Positions 49,475 through 58,376 of a stretch of 64,000 nucleotides of DNA are shown in pieces. The DNA comes from an uncultured Chloroflexia bacterium (GTDB lineage: Bacteria; Chloroflexota; Limnocylindria; Limnocylindrales; CSP1-4). Numbering within the stretch: the stretch's first letter is position 1; every line of letters starts with the position of its first letter. Under the pieces are notes generated by a model. The model did no database searches. It had not been told where the DNA came from and saw only the letters and a list, made by a program, of their open reading frames with translations. Position numbers and translations under genes: made by a program. The stretch lies in the NCBI GenBank assembly GCA_963748625.1, contig CAVVJT010000007.1, positions 1,152,001 through 1,216,000 on the forward strand, in the 5' to 3' direction.

Positions 49475-50872
49475 TCAGCCACCCTGGATGGTCTTGACCA
49501 CGATGATCGCCGTGGCCGTGAGGAACAGGTTGAGCAGAGCAGCGGGCAGGAGCCACTTCCAGGCGAAGCCCATGAGGTGGTCGATCCGCACGCGCGGGAA
49601 CGTGGCGCGCATCCAGACGAAGACGAAGACGAAGGCGAAGCTCTTGATGAAGAACCAGAGCATGCCCGCGACCCAGTCCCAGCTGATGAACGCGAACAGG
49701 AACGCTGCGCCGATCGCCACCACGTTGAACAGCAGGAAGCCCGCCACCAGCGCCTTCCAGGCGGGAGCGCCGCGCTTGGCGAGGTAGTACGGCAGGGCGA
49801 ACAGCAGCGTCAGGACCACCGGCACGACCAGCAGGAGCACCAGCAGGCCCATGCCCAGGCTGCCCGGGTCGAGGCTGATGGTGATCGGCTGGAGGCTGGT
49901 GCCGGCCCAGGAGTTGATCCACGCGAGGGTGGCGTTGAGGTCGACCGGCGCGTTCCAGGCCCCGAAGAAGAAGGTCGTCAGCAGCGCCGACACGATGAAC
50001 ACGTTCACGTACTCGGCGAAGAACAGGAAGCCGAACCGCATGCCCGAGTACTCGGTGGCGAAGCCGGCGACGATCTCCGAGTCCGCCTCGGTGAGGTCGA
50101 ACGGCGTCCGGTTGGCCTCCGCGATGGAGGCGATGAAGAAGATCAGCGCGCCCAGCGGCTGGCGGAAGACGAACCAGTCGGTGAACCAGCCCGCCTGCTG
50201 GTTGGCCAGCTCGTAGACCGACAACGAGCCCGCGAGCAGGATCAGGCCCACGACCGAGAGGGTCAGCGGGATCTCGTACGAGACCATCTGCGCCGCGGAG
50301 CGCAGGCCGCCCAGCAGCGAGTACTTGTTGCTTGACGACCAGCCGGCGAGCAGCAGGCCCACCACCGTCATGCCGCCCACCGCGAACAGGTAGAGCACGC
50401 CGATGTTGAGGTCCTGGCCGACGAGGCCCGGGCCGAACGGGATGACCAGGAACGTCATCACCGCGGTCAGGAACACGAGGACGGGCGCCCACGTGAACAC
50501 GAGCACGTCGGCGTTGCCGGGGGTGAAGTCCTCCTTGGTCAGCACCTTGAGACCTGCGACCACGGAGTGGGCGGCGCCCTTGGGGCCGACCCGGTCCGGG
50601 CCCACGCGGAGGTTCATGAAGGCGATGACCTTCAGCTCCATGTAGATGATGAGGAACGCGGCCGGGATGCTGAACAGCAGGACGCCGGTGATGGCGACCA
50701 GGAACCGGACGATCCCCATGTTCGAGCTGAGCACGTCCGCCAGCCACGGGCCCAGGACTGTCAGCGCGAAGATCGCCAGGAGCGGCCCGACCACCAGGAC
50801 TAGGACCAGCAGCGGGATGACGATCTTGCCGAGGACCGTCATGTTGTTCCAGGTGCGGGTGAGTGTCGTCAT
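49475..50872 (-). CDS. nuoH: NADH-quinone oxidoreductase subunit H (extended)
   Basis: RVGPDRVGP, NKYSLLGGLRSAAQMVSYEIP, NRTPFDLTEADSEIVAGFATEYSG, RATFPRVRID. Confidence 0.96.
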   Translation of the reverse strand: MTTLTRTWNNMTVLGKIVIPLLVLVLVVGPLLAIFALTVLGPWLADVLSSNMGIVRFLVAITGVLLFSIPAAFLIIYMELKVIAFMNLRVGPDRVGPKGAAHSVVAGLKVLTKEDFTPGNADVLVFTWAPVLVFLTAVMTFLVIPFGPGLVGQDLNIGVLYLFAVGGMTVVGLLLAGWSSSNKYSLLGGLRSAAQMVSYEIPLTLSVVGLILLAGSLSVYELANQQAGWFTDWFVFRQPLGALIFFIASIAEANRTPFDLTEADSEIVAGFATEYSGMRFGFLFFAEYVNVFIVSALLTTFFFGAWNAPVDLNATLAWINSWAGTSLQPITISLDPGSLGMGLLVLLLVVPVVLTLLFALPYYLAKRGAPAWKALVAGFLLFNVVAIGAAFLFAFISWDWVAGMLWFFIKSFAFVFVFVWMRATFPRVRIDHLMGFAWKWLLPAALLNLFLTATAIIVVKTIQGG

Positions 50873-50880
50873 CGTCCGGC

Positions 50881-52125
50881 CTACTTGTCGATGCCGCCCA
50901 TGATCGGGTCGAGCGATGACATCACTGCCATCGTGTCCGCGATCAGGTTGCCCTTCACCAGCAGGCCGACCAGCTGCAGGTTCACAAACGACGGGTCGTG
51001 GATCTTGAGCCGGAACGGCTGGTCGGTGCCGTCGGAGATGGCGTAGGTTCCGAACAGGCCGCGCGGGCCTTCGACAGCCGCCCAGGCGCGCCCGGGCCGC
51101 GGCCGGACCAGCCGGGGCAGGCGTGCCATGACGGGTCCATCGGGCATGTTGTGGAGGCACTGGTCGATGATCCGCAGGCTCTGCTTGATCTCGTCGAGGC
51201 GCAGCAGGTAGCGGTCCAGGGAGTCACCGCCCTCCGGGCCGGTGCCGCGGACGGGGATGTCGAACTCGAGCTCCGGGTACACGGAGTAGGGATGGTCGCG
51301 GCGGAGGTCGAACTTGACCCCGGCGGCCCGCAGGTTGGGGCCGGTGACACCCATCCGGAACGCGAGGTCGGGGTCCACCCGGCCGATGTCGCGCATGCGG
51401 CGGACGAAGATCTCGTTCTCGTTGAGCAGGCCGGCGTTGGCCTCGATCTGGGTCAGCGCGCGGCTCATCCAGTCGCCCAGGCGGGACATGAACTCGTGGT
51501 TGACGTCGCCGTTCACGCCGCCGATGCGGAAGTAGTTGAACAGCATCCGCTGGCCGGTGATGGAGGCCAGCATCTCCACGATCTCGTCGCGCTCGATGAA
51601 CGCGTAGAGGATGGGCGTGAGGCCGCCGAGGTCGAGCGCCATGAACCCCTGGAAGAGGCCGTGGCTCGAGATGCGCAGCAGCTCGCCGGTCAGCACGCGG
51701 ATGTACTCGGCGCGCCTGGGGACCTCGACGTCGAGCAGCTGCTCGAACGCCATCACCGGCGCCCACTCGCAGAACAGCGAGCTCACGTACTCGAGCGGGT
51801 CCATCTGGGTGATGACGTGGTGGTAGTCCGAGTTCTCGGCGATCTTCTCCACGCCCCGGTGGAGGTATCCGAGGACCGGGTCCAGGTCCACGACCTGCTC
51901 GCCGTTGATCTTGAGGACGACGCGCAGCACGCCGTGCGTGGACGGGTGGTGCGGACCCATGTTGATGAGCATCTCGCCGTCGGCCACGGAGTAGAACTCG
52001 GCCTCGCGCTCGGTGCGCGGCGGATACGGCGGGATGGACTCGAACTGCCCGATCTGGTCGTCGAGCATGATCCGCGGGTCGTCCAGGGAGGGGTGCTGGC
52101 CCGGGCGGGCCTGGGAGGTCGTCAT
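50881..52125 (-). CDS. nuoD: NADH-quinone oxidoreductase subunit D
   Basis: NMGPHHPSTHGVLR, GYLHRGVEK, EGPRG, DPIMGGIDK. Confidence 0.97.
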   Translation of the reverse strand: MTTSQARPGQHPSLDDPRIMLDDQIGQFESIPPYPPRTEREAEFYSVADGEMLINMGPHHPSTHGVLRVVLKINGEQVVDLDPVLGYLHRGVEKIAENSDYHHVITQMDPLEYVSSLFCEWAPVMAFEQLLDVEVPRRAEYIRVLTGELLRISSHGLFQGFMALDLGGLTPILYAFIERDEIVEMLASITGQRMLFNYFRIGGVNGDVNHEFMSRLGDWMSRALTQIEANAGLLNENEIFVRRMRDIGRVDPDLAFRMGVTGPNLRAAGVKFDLRRDHPYSVYPELEFDIPVRGTGPEGGDSLDRYLLRLDEIKQSLRIIDQCLHNMPDGPVMARLPRLVRPRPGRAWAAVEGPRGLFGTYAISDGTDQPFRLKIHDPSFVNLQLVGLLVKGNLIADTMAVMSSLDPIMGGIDK

Positions 52126-52127
52126 GG

Positions 52128-52676
52128 TCAGGCCTTCACCGTGCGGCGCACGACACGCTCCGTCGCCTGGACGGGCACGTGGGACCGCTCCATCTGGCGC
52201 ACGCCGGCGCCGGGGGAGCGGGCGGCGTCGTCGGGGAGATAGAAGTCCTTGCGGAGCGGAAAGCTGACGTAGTCCGGCGGCATGTAGATGCGCCGCAGGT
52301 CCCGGTTCCCCTCGAAGACGATCCCGAACATGTCGTACGTCTCGCGCTCCATCCACTCGGCACCGGGCCACAGGCCGGTCAGCGTGGGTACGCGCGGGTT
52401 GTCACGCGGGAGCGGTTCGCAGATCACGCGCAGCCAGTCCGGCGTCGTGGCCGCCCAGACGTGGTAGGTCACGTTCATGTGCTCGCCGGTGTCCACGCCG
52501 GCAAGGTCCGCCAGCATGACGAAGGCGAAGTCCGGCTCGTCGTGGAGCGCGGTCAGGACCTCGATGACGTCCGCCGGGCCGACGCGGATCTCGGTCTGGT
52601 CGTGCCGCTGGCGGACGGGTCCCACGAGCCTGTCCGCGAACCGTGCCTCGAGGCGCTTGCGCAGCTGACGGTCCAC
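52128..52676 (-). CDS. nuoC: NADH-quinone oxidoreductase subunit C
   Basis: DLAGVD, WPGAEWMERETYDMFGIVFEG, PLRKDF. Confidence 0.95.
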   Translation of the reverse strand: MDRQLRKRLEARFADRLVGPVRQRHDQTEIRVGPADVIEVLTALHDEPDFAFVMLADLAGVDTGEHMNVTYHVWAATTPDWLRVICEPLPRDNPRVPTLTGLWPGAEWMERETYDMFGIVFEGNRDLRRIYMPPDYVSFPLRKDFYLPDDAARSPGAGVRQMERSHVPVQATERVVRRTVKA

Positions 52677-52678
52677 GG

Positions 52679-53428
52679 CTAGACGTCCTTCGGCACGGTG
52701 GGGCCGACGCGGTGCTCGTCCCAGTGGCCGCGCCGCTCCTTCACGAGCTGGCCCAGCTTCATCATCCCGTAGATGAGACCCTCGGGACGCGGCGGGCACC
52801 CGGGGACGTACACGTCCACCGGCATCAGGCGGTCGATGCCCTCAACCGTGGCGTACGAGCGCTTGTAGCGGCCGCCCGAGCAGGTGCAGTCACCCATCGC
52901 CACGCACCACTTGGGCTCCGGCATCTGCTCCCACAGGCGGACGAGCGGACCGGCCATCTTGGTGGTGAGCGTGCCCGCGACGATCAGCACGTCCGCCTGG
53001 CGGGGGCTGGCGCGGAACGGGAACATGCCCCAGCGGTCCATGTCGTTCTTGGACGTGGCGCTGGACATCATCTCGAACGCGCAGCAGGCGAGGCCCGACA
53101 GCAGCGGCCAGAGGCTGTTCATCCGGATCAGGTCGACGATGTAGTCGGCCTTGGTGGGGATCACCTCGAGCTGGCCCCAGCGCGCGGTGTCGGACACCTG
53201 GCCGTCCGTGCCCTCGAGGGCCGCGAGGTGGTAGTAGGGCGCGGGGGCCGGGTAGGCGGCGGGGTTGTTCGAGGCCCAGAGGGAGTTCGGCACGATCAGC
53301 GGGGCCGCCACGCCGGACGGCTGTGCCGAGACCAGCGCGCCGGGCAGGCTCCCGGGCTGGTCAGCGCCAATGGGTGAGGCATCACCCGCCGCGGCAGCGG
53401 CCTCGGGACCTTCGGGGTTCAGCGCCAC
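52679..53428 (-). CDS. nuoB: NADH-quinone oxidoreductase subunit B
   Basis: GLACCAFEMM, RASPRQAD, MPEPKWCVAMGDC, PVDVYVPGCPPRPE. Confidence 0.97.
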   Translation of the reverse strand: MALNPEGPEAAAAAGDASPIGADQPGSLPGALVSAQPSGVAAPLIVPNSLWASNNPAAYPAPAPYYHLAALEGTDGQVSDTARWGQLEVIPTKADYIVDLIRMNSLWPLLSGLACCAFEMMSSATSKNDMDRWGMFPFRASPRQADVLIVAGTLTTKMAGPLVRLWEQMPEPKWCVAMGDCTCSGGRYKRSYATVEGIDRLMPVDVYVPGCPPRPEGLIYGMMKLGQLVKERRGHWDEHRVGPTVPKDV

Positions 53429-53775
53429 GACAGCACTCCCTTGCGCCAGGCATAGGCGAGGCCGAGCAGGAGGACGCCGACGAAGATCAGCATGCTCACG
53501 AGGCCGCCCAGCAACAGGTCCTGGAAGACCAGGGCCCAGAGGTAGATGAACACGACCTCGATGTCGAAGGCCACGAACATCAGCGCGTAGATGTAGAAGC
53601 TGATGCCGAACCGGGCGTGGGTGTCGCCGTAGGTGTCGATGCCCGACTCGTAGGGGTAGCCCTTGTGCTCGTCACCGCGGGTGCGGTGGGAGATCAGCCA
53701 GGCCAGGCCGATCGTGCCGAAGACGAACAGGGTGCCGGCGATGGCGAACCCGACGACATACCAGATCCCGGTCAC
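53419..53775 (-). CDS. nuoA: NADH-quinone oxidoreductase subunit A
   Basis: YESGID, FVAFDIEVVFIYLWA, YAWRKGVLSW; GAGG RBS before GTG. Confidence 0.95.
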   Translation of the reverse strand: MTGIWYVVGFAIAGTLFVFGTIGLAWLISHRTRGDEHKGYPYESGIDTYGDTHARFGISFYIYALMFVAFDIEVVFIYLWALVFQDLLLGGLVSMLIFVGVLLLGLAYAWRKGVLSWR

Positions 53776-53885
53776 GTGATCCTCGAGGTCGAATGGGACC
53801 GCGTGTGCACTGCGCGGTCCGCGTTCGAGGTGTGATGGTTTGTTGCGTGTGCACCGGACCTCACTGGGCGAGGCACGGCGCGGAC

Positions 53886-53894
53886 ATTCTAGCA
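53886..53894 (-). promoter_or_regulatory. Extended -10 promoter of the nuo operon
   Basis: Minus strand TGcTAGAAT about 110 nt upstream of nuoA. Confidence 0.6.
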
Positions 53895-54017
53895 AGGCAG
53901 GTGCTGGAGGAATCACCTTCCGGCCCAGTCATGGCGGCCCATCCGGCTCTCAACGTGGGGGCCGGTGGCGCCCTCCGGGTGGCACGCGGTCGTGACCGGC
54001 GCCGGCTCGATCGCCAC

Positions 54018-54194
54018 TCAGATCTGCGGCACGACCATCCCGACGAGCAGCAGCACGATGGCCGCCACGAACGCGATCACGCCGGCCTGCATCGGCAGGA
54101 CCGTGCCGGTCGCCCCGAGCAGCCCGACCACCATCAGCACCAGGGCCACGATGACCGTTCGGGCGGTGGGCGCGAAGTTGGTGCGCTTGCCCAT
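54018..54194 (-). CDS. Small two-TM membrane protein (58 aa, not in the ORF track)
   Basis: Translated by hand: MGKRTNFAPTARTVIVALVLMVVGLLGATGTVLPMQAGVIAFVAAIVLLLVGMVVPQI; high GC3; starts 3 nt after the upstream stop. Confidence 0.75.
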   Translation of the reverse strand: MGKRTNFAPTARTVIVALVLMVVGLLGATGTVLPMQAGVIAFVAAIVLLLVGMVVPQI

Positions 54195-54197
54195 CGT

Positions 54198-54428
54198 CTA
54201 GATCCCCGGCAGCAGGGAGCCCGCGACCAGCAGGCCGGACGAGCCGAGCAGGCAGAGGAAGCCCGTCGTCTGGTCCATGGCGAGCCCGAAGCTCCGGAAC
54301 GTGTCCGTGACCGGTGCCAGCAGGCCGAGCGCGGGCTCGACCGGCCAGGCGAGGGCCACACCGATGAGCGCAAGCGCCACGGCCGCGATCACGGTGACCA
54401 TGCGCGGCGGATTGGGGTGGAGTCGCAT
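54198..54428 (-). CDS. Small two-TM membrane protein (76 aa)
   Basis: MRLHPNPPRMVTVIAAVALALIG...LLVAGSLLPGI; resembles its downstream neighbour. Confidence 0.75.
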   Translation of the reverse strand: MRLHPNPPRMVTVIAAVALALIGVALAWPVEPALGLLAPVTDTFRSFGLAMDQTTGFLCLLGSSGLLVAGSLLPGI

Positions 54429-54540
54429 GGGGCGATGATCGCCTGTCGAGCAGGCCCGCGTGCGGGCAATTCGCGCGGCGGTCTCACGCGGCCGTCTCAC
54501 GCCCGGGCACTCCCGGTTGGTCGCCGGGGGCTGGCCCGGT

Positions 54541-55773
54541 TCAGCGACCCGGTGCGGTCACTCGCTCCAGCGCCGGGAGCCTGGTGCCGGGCGGCAGGCC
54601 GCGGCCGAAGGCCAGGACCCGGAAGCCGCCCATGCCGCGCGGGTCGAGGAGGCGGGCGAGGGCCGAGCGCAGGTCGAGCGCATCCTGGAGCGAGGCGCTC
54701 GGACGCCCCAGGTAGGCGTTCACGAGATCGGAGGTGCCCGCGCGCGCGAGGAGCTCGGCCTGGGTGGTCTCCCCGAGCGGGTCGAGGCCGGCGGCGGCTG
54801 CGGCCGAGCGAACCGAGGCCAGGTCCACGGTGGCAGTGAGGTCCTGGCGGCCGATATGCCCGAACGGATCCCCGCCCACGGCATGGCGGGCGAAGACGCG
54901 CAGCGTGCCGTCGGACCGGGCGGGGCTGTGCAGGTCCTCGGGTTCCAGGGCGTAGTCCACCAGGACGACGATCCCCCGCTCGAGGTGGGCGGTTGCGCCG
55001 GCAAGCCACGTGTCGACCCCGAGGCAGACCTCCGTGATCTGGCCGTCGGCGAGGTGCACATCCTCGGCCGCGAGACGGGCAGCCAGGGCCGGGGTGGTCG
55101 GATCGGCCTCGAGCCAGCCGAACGCACCATCGTCATCCACGGTGACCAGGAGCTCGCGCAGGCCGTCGGGACGGCCGACGACCCGGTGGACCGGGAGGGC
55201 ATCGAGCACCTCGTTGGCCACGACGGCGCCGGTCTCGCCCGTGAGCGGGGGCCCATCGACCAGTAGCTCTGCGAGGCCGACGGCAGCGAGACGGCCCCGG
55301 AGCGCATCGACACGCGCGGGCTCCACCTCCATCGGCCGGTAGCGGATCGCTTCGAACAGCGGTGACCCGAGGTCCTGCAGGCCGCCCAACAGCCCTGCCG
55401 CCAGGGCGCCGTTCCCCGACCCAGGCTCGGTCACCGTGAACTGCGCGGGCCGGCCAGTCGTCTCCCACGCCTGCTCGAGCAGGCGGCCGATCGCGGCGCC
55501 GAAGATCGGGTGCGCCTCGGGTGCCGTCAGGAAGTCGGCCCCGGCCATGCCCGGACCGGCCTCGGCCTGGCGGTAGTAGCCGTGACCAGGCTCGTACAGG
55601 GCACGTTCCATGAAACGGGCGAAGGTGATGGGTCCGCGCGCGGTGATCTCGTCGCGGATCGCCGAGGCGAGCTCGTGGTCCTGGCCGACGGACGATGGGT
55701 CAGGGAGGGGTTCGCGGCGATAGCCGGGGACGGCCAACGGCTGCGTCGGGTCGCTCATCCGCGGGTCGCTCAT
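54541..55773 (-). CDS. MidA/NDUFAF7-family SAM-dependent methyltransferase
   Basis: GPITFARFMERALY..GYY, DFLTAPE, EPGSGNG, ANEVLDALP, VDY, GRQDLTATVD, GMGGFRVL. Confidence 0.9.
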   Translation of the reverse strand: MSDPRMSDPTQPLAVPGYRREPLPDPSSVGQDHELASAIRDEITARGPITFARFMERALYEPGHGYYRQAEAGPGMAGADFLTAPEAHPIFGAAIGRLLEQAWETTGRPAQFTVTEPGSGNGALAAGLLGGLQDLGSPLFEAIRYRPMEVEPARVDALRGRLAAVGLAELLVDGPPLTGETGAVVANEVLDALPVHRVVGRPDGLRELLVTVDDDGAFGWLEADPTTPALAARLAAEDVHLADGQITEVCLGVDTWLAGATAHLERGIVVLVDYALEPEDLHSPARSDGTLRVFARHAVGGDPFGHIGRQDLTATVDLASVRSAAAAAGLDPLGETTQAELLARAGTSDLVNAYLGRPSASLQDALDLRSALARLLDPRGMGGFRVLAFGRGLPPGTRLPALERVTAPGR

Positions 55774-56858
55774 CCGCGGCCTCCGCGCAGGACCCACCGG
55801 ATGCCCGGGCCCACCAGGCCATGTCCGCCCAGCAGGACCGGGACGGGTGCCGCTGCGGCCGATGCCGTGAGCTCGGCGAGCCAGGGATCGCGGACGCGGT
55901 CGAACAGGAGGAGGTCCGATGCGAAGCGGTCCTCCGCGGGAGGCCAGCCGCGCTCGTCGGCGCCGAGACGGTGGGCGAGCAGGACGCGCGAATCCACGAC
56001 GGCACCGTCCGACAGGGAGGCGGCCAGGGCACCGAGGCTGCCGGGCCCGTCGCGATCGAGGAGCAAGCCCAGGACGGATCGGGCCGGGCGGCGGTTCGGC
56101 CTCCCGACCAGCGCGCCGGCTGCCGCCGTCTTCAGGCCGCGCTCCTCGACCAGGGCGCGCGTCCGGGAGCGGGTGTGGGTCTCCACCCAGCGCAGGTCGC
56201 TCGAAGCCAGGCGTCCGGCGACCAGCAGTTCCGCGCCGGGATCGGTGGCAACGGCACGCAGGGCGGCCAGGCGGGTTCGGACCGGTTCGGCATCGGCATC
56301 GGCAGGTGCGGGAAGCGGCGGGGCGGACGGCGCGCCCGCCAGGACCAGGGCATCGACCGGGCTGTCGATGTCGGCGGCGAGACGGCGCCGGGCTCGGAGA
56401 TCGCGGACTGGAACACCGGCGACCTCGGCCAGCCAACGCGGGAGGGCGTTGTCGGAGGTGAGGTCCGCCGGCAGGTTGCGCAGAGCGTCGGCGGCGCACG
56501 CGATCGCGGTGCAGTCCGCGCTGTAGCGGTGGTTCGCGAGTGCGCCGGGCTCCCCGGCCGCGGCCGCCTCCACGAACGCGCGCAGGTCCGAGGCGTTCGC
56601 GAGTGGCATCGAACCCGCCCCCAGCACCACCAGCCCGGCGGGTCGCAGCTCGTCGGCCAGGCGGCGGAGGCGGGCACCGAATGGGGTATCGTCGGGCGGC
56701 TCCCGCCGGATCACGACCTCGGCCGCACCTGCGGCCAGGAACCCCGCCCGGTGGTGCGCTGCAAGGGCGGCGCGGGCGTCGTCGAGCAGGCGCTCGAGCG
56801 GGCCGGCCGCAGGGTCGGGCAGGGGGGCGAGGATCAGGACGGTGACGGGCGCGGGCAT
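55770..56858 (-). CDS. Hypothetical protein, possible CofC/nucleotidyltransferase-like fold
   Basis: FGARL, GAGSMPL, ANHRYSAD, SDNALP, DIDSPVD; ATGA-coupled to the methyltransferase. Confidence 0.55.
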   Translation of the reverse strand: MPAPVTVLILAPLPDPAAGPLERLLDDARAALAAHHRAGFLAAGAAEVVIRREPPDDTPFGARLRRLADELRPAGLVVLGAGSMPLANASDLRAFVEAAAAGEPGALANHRYSADCTAIACAADALRNLPADLTSDNALPRWLAEVAGVPVRDLRARRRLAADIDSPVDALVLAGAPSAPPLPAPADADAEPVRTRLAALRAVATDPGAELLVAGRLASSDLRWVETHTRSRTRALVEERGLKTAAAGALVGRPNRRPARSVLGLLLDRDGPGSLGALAASLSDGAVVDSRVLLAHRLGADERGWPPAEDRFASDLLLFDRVRDPWLAELTASAAAAPVPVLLGGHGLVGPGIRWVLRGGRG

Positions 56859-56894
56859 CGGACCCCGAGTCTAGCGATCAGGAGGCGGCGGACT

Positions 56895-57519
56895 GTGGCG
56901 CGGGTGCGGGCGTACATCGGCCTGGGGGCGAACGTTGGCGACCCGGTCGCGACGCTTGCGGCGGCGGTCCACGCGCTGGCGCGGGCTCCCCGGCTGCCGT
57001 CTCCGCGGCGTCTCCCGGCTCTATGCGACCGATCCCGTGGGTGTGCTCGACCAGCCGGAGTTCCGGAATGCGTGCGTCGCGCTGGACGTGCCGGCCGGCC
57101 AGTCGCCGGAGGCCGGGGCATCGGCGCTCCTGGTCGCGCTCAAGGGCCTGGAGCGGGAGTTCGGCCGTCAGCAGCGCGAGCGCTGGGGGCCGCGCGAGGT
57201 CGACCTGGACCTGCTGGTCTTCGGGCGGCACCGGGTCAACGTTCCGCGGCCGGAGGCGGGCCGGTCCGAGGATCCCGCCAAGGCGGCGATGCCGCTGGTC
57301 GTGCCGCACGTCGAGGCGCAGCGGCGCCTGTTCGTGCTGGCGCCGCTGGCGGACCTGGCGCCCGGGCTGGTGCCGCCAGGCTGGGGCGAGACCGTGGCGA
57401 CCGCGGCGGCCCGGCAGCGCTCCGTTGAGGGGGCCGACGCTGCCCGGCCGATCGCCTCCTGGGACGGCGAGGGCTGGCGGCCAGCGGTGACGGGCGAGGC
57501 CGACACCCAGTCGCTCTAG
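56895..57519 (+). CDS. folK: HPPK (2-amino-4-hydroxy-6-hydroxymethyldihydropteridine pyrophosphokinase); frameshift at about 56983
   Basis: AYIGLGANVGD, SRLYATDPVG..QPEFRN, RWGPREVDLDLL, VPH..RLFVLAPL; AGGAGG RBS. Confidence 0.92.
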
Positions 57520-57754
57520 CGGAAGATCACGATCCCCGTCCACGGGCCCTGTGCCACGCCAACCCACTGACAGTGCGCGCTACTGCGATCAATTCGTTGG
57601 GATCGCGTCCGCCATCCATCCGCGGGTGCGGTTGGCGCGAAGAAAGGACGACACCAAGACGTCAGGTGTCGGGCACGAGCCACTTTGGCCACTCGCGAAC
57701 GCCACCGTCCGGTGGCGGGCTGCACCCACCCCCGTCGACCTGGAGAAACCACCA

Positions 57755-58279
57755 ATGCGCCACCGTCTCTTCGCTGCCCTCACCGGCGCCTCGCTCGCCA
57801 TCGGCATCATCGCTGCGCCTGTCGCCGCAGCGCCGCCCACGGACAACAGCATCGTGGACGTCGCCCTCGCGGCCAACGCCGAGACCGGCGAGTTCTCCAT
57901 CCTCATCGCCGCGCTCAAGGCTGCCGATCCGTCCATCATCAAGGCGCTCGACAGCAAGGGCCAGTACACCGTCTTCGCCCCGACGGACGCGGCCTTCGTC
58001 TCGCTGCTCAACGAGCTCGACCTCACCGCCGGCGAGGTGCTCGGCAACCAGGCCCTGCTCAACAAGGTCCTGACCTACCACGTCGCCCGTGGCGAGCGGA
58101 TGGCCGAGGACGTTCTCGACTCGAGCCGCATCCGCACGCTGAACCGGGGCTTCGTGTTCCAGATGGGTGGCGTCCTGACCGACGTGAACGGCCGCAACGC
58201 GAACATCATTGCCACCGACATCGACGCGTCGAACGGCGTCATCCACGTCATCGACCGGGTCATCCTCCCCAAGATGTGA
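57755..58279 (+). CDS. Secreted fasciclin (FAS1, MPB70-like) protein
   Basis: Signal peptide ending APVAA; YTVFAPTDAAF, LTYHV, SNGVIHVIDRVILP. Confidence 0.93.
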   Translation: MRHRLFAALTGASLAIGIIAAPVAAAPPTDNSIVDVALAANAETGEFSILIAALKAADPSIIKALDSKGQYTVFAPTDAAFVSLLNELDLTAGEVLGNQALLNKVLTYHVARGERMAEDVLDSSRIRTLNRGFVFQMGGVLTDVNGRNANIIATDIDASNGVIHVIDRVILPKM

Positions 58280-58313
58280 CGGCTCGGCGGACCACCGCCG
58301 CAGACATCTCGAG

Positions 58314-58339
58314 AACGCCCGGCCCCACGGCCGGGCGTT
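58314..58339. terminator. Hairpin terminator between convergent fasciclin and glpX genes
   Basis: AACGCCCGGCC-CCAC-GGCCGGGCGTT 11-bp stem. Confidence 0.7.
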
Positions 58340-58376
58340 TCCCGTCCCCGGCCCGGTTGACGAGCCGCCCGGCTGC

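Noticed and set aside
22900-56990. Frameshifts in the GT-C fusion, pimA, PHP, ino1, the GltD fusion, nuoF and folK as pseudogenes or programmed frameshifts
   Set aside because: Nearly all are single extra C/G bases in GC runs, with intact motifs on both sides and no in-frame stops or slippery heptamers. Three compensating insertions in pimA (about 27345-27372) point to long-read error. Needs read-level confirmation.
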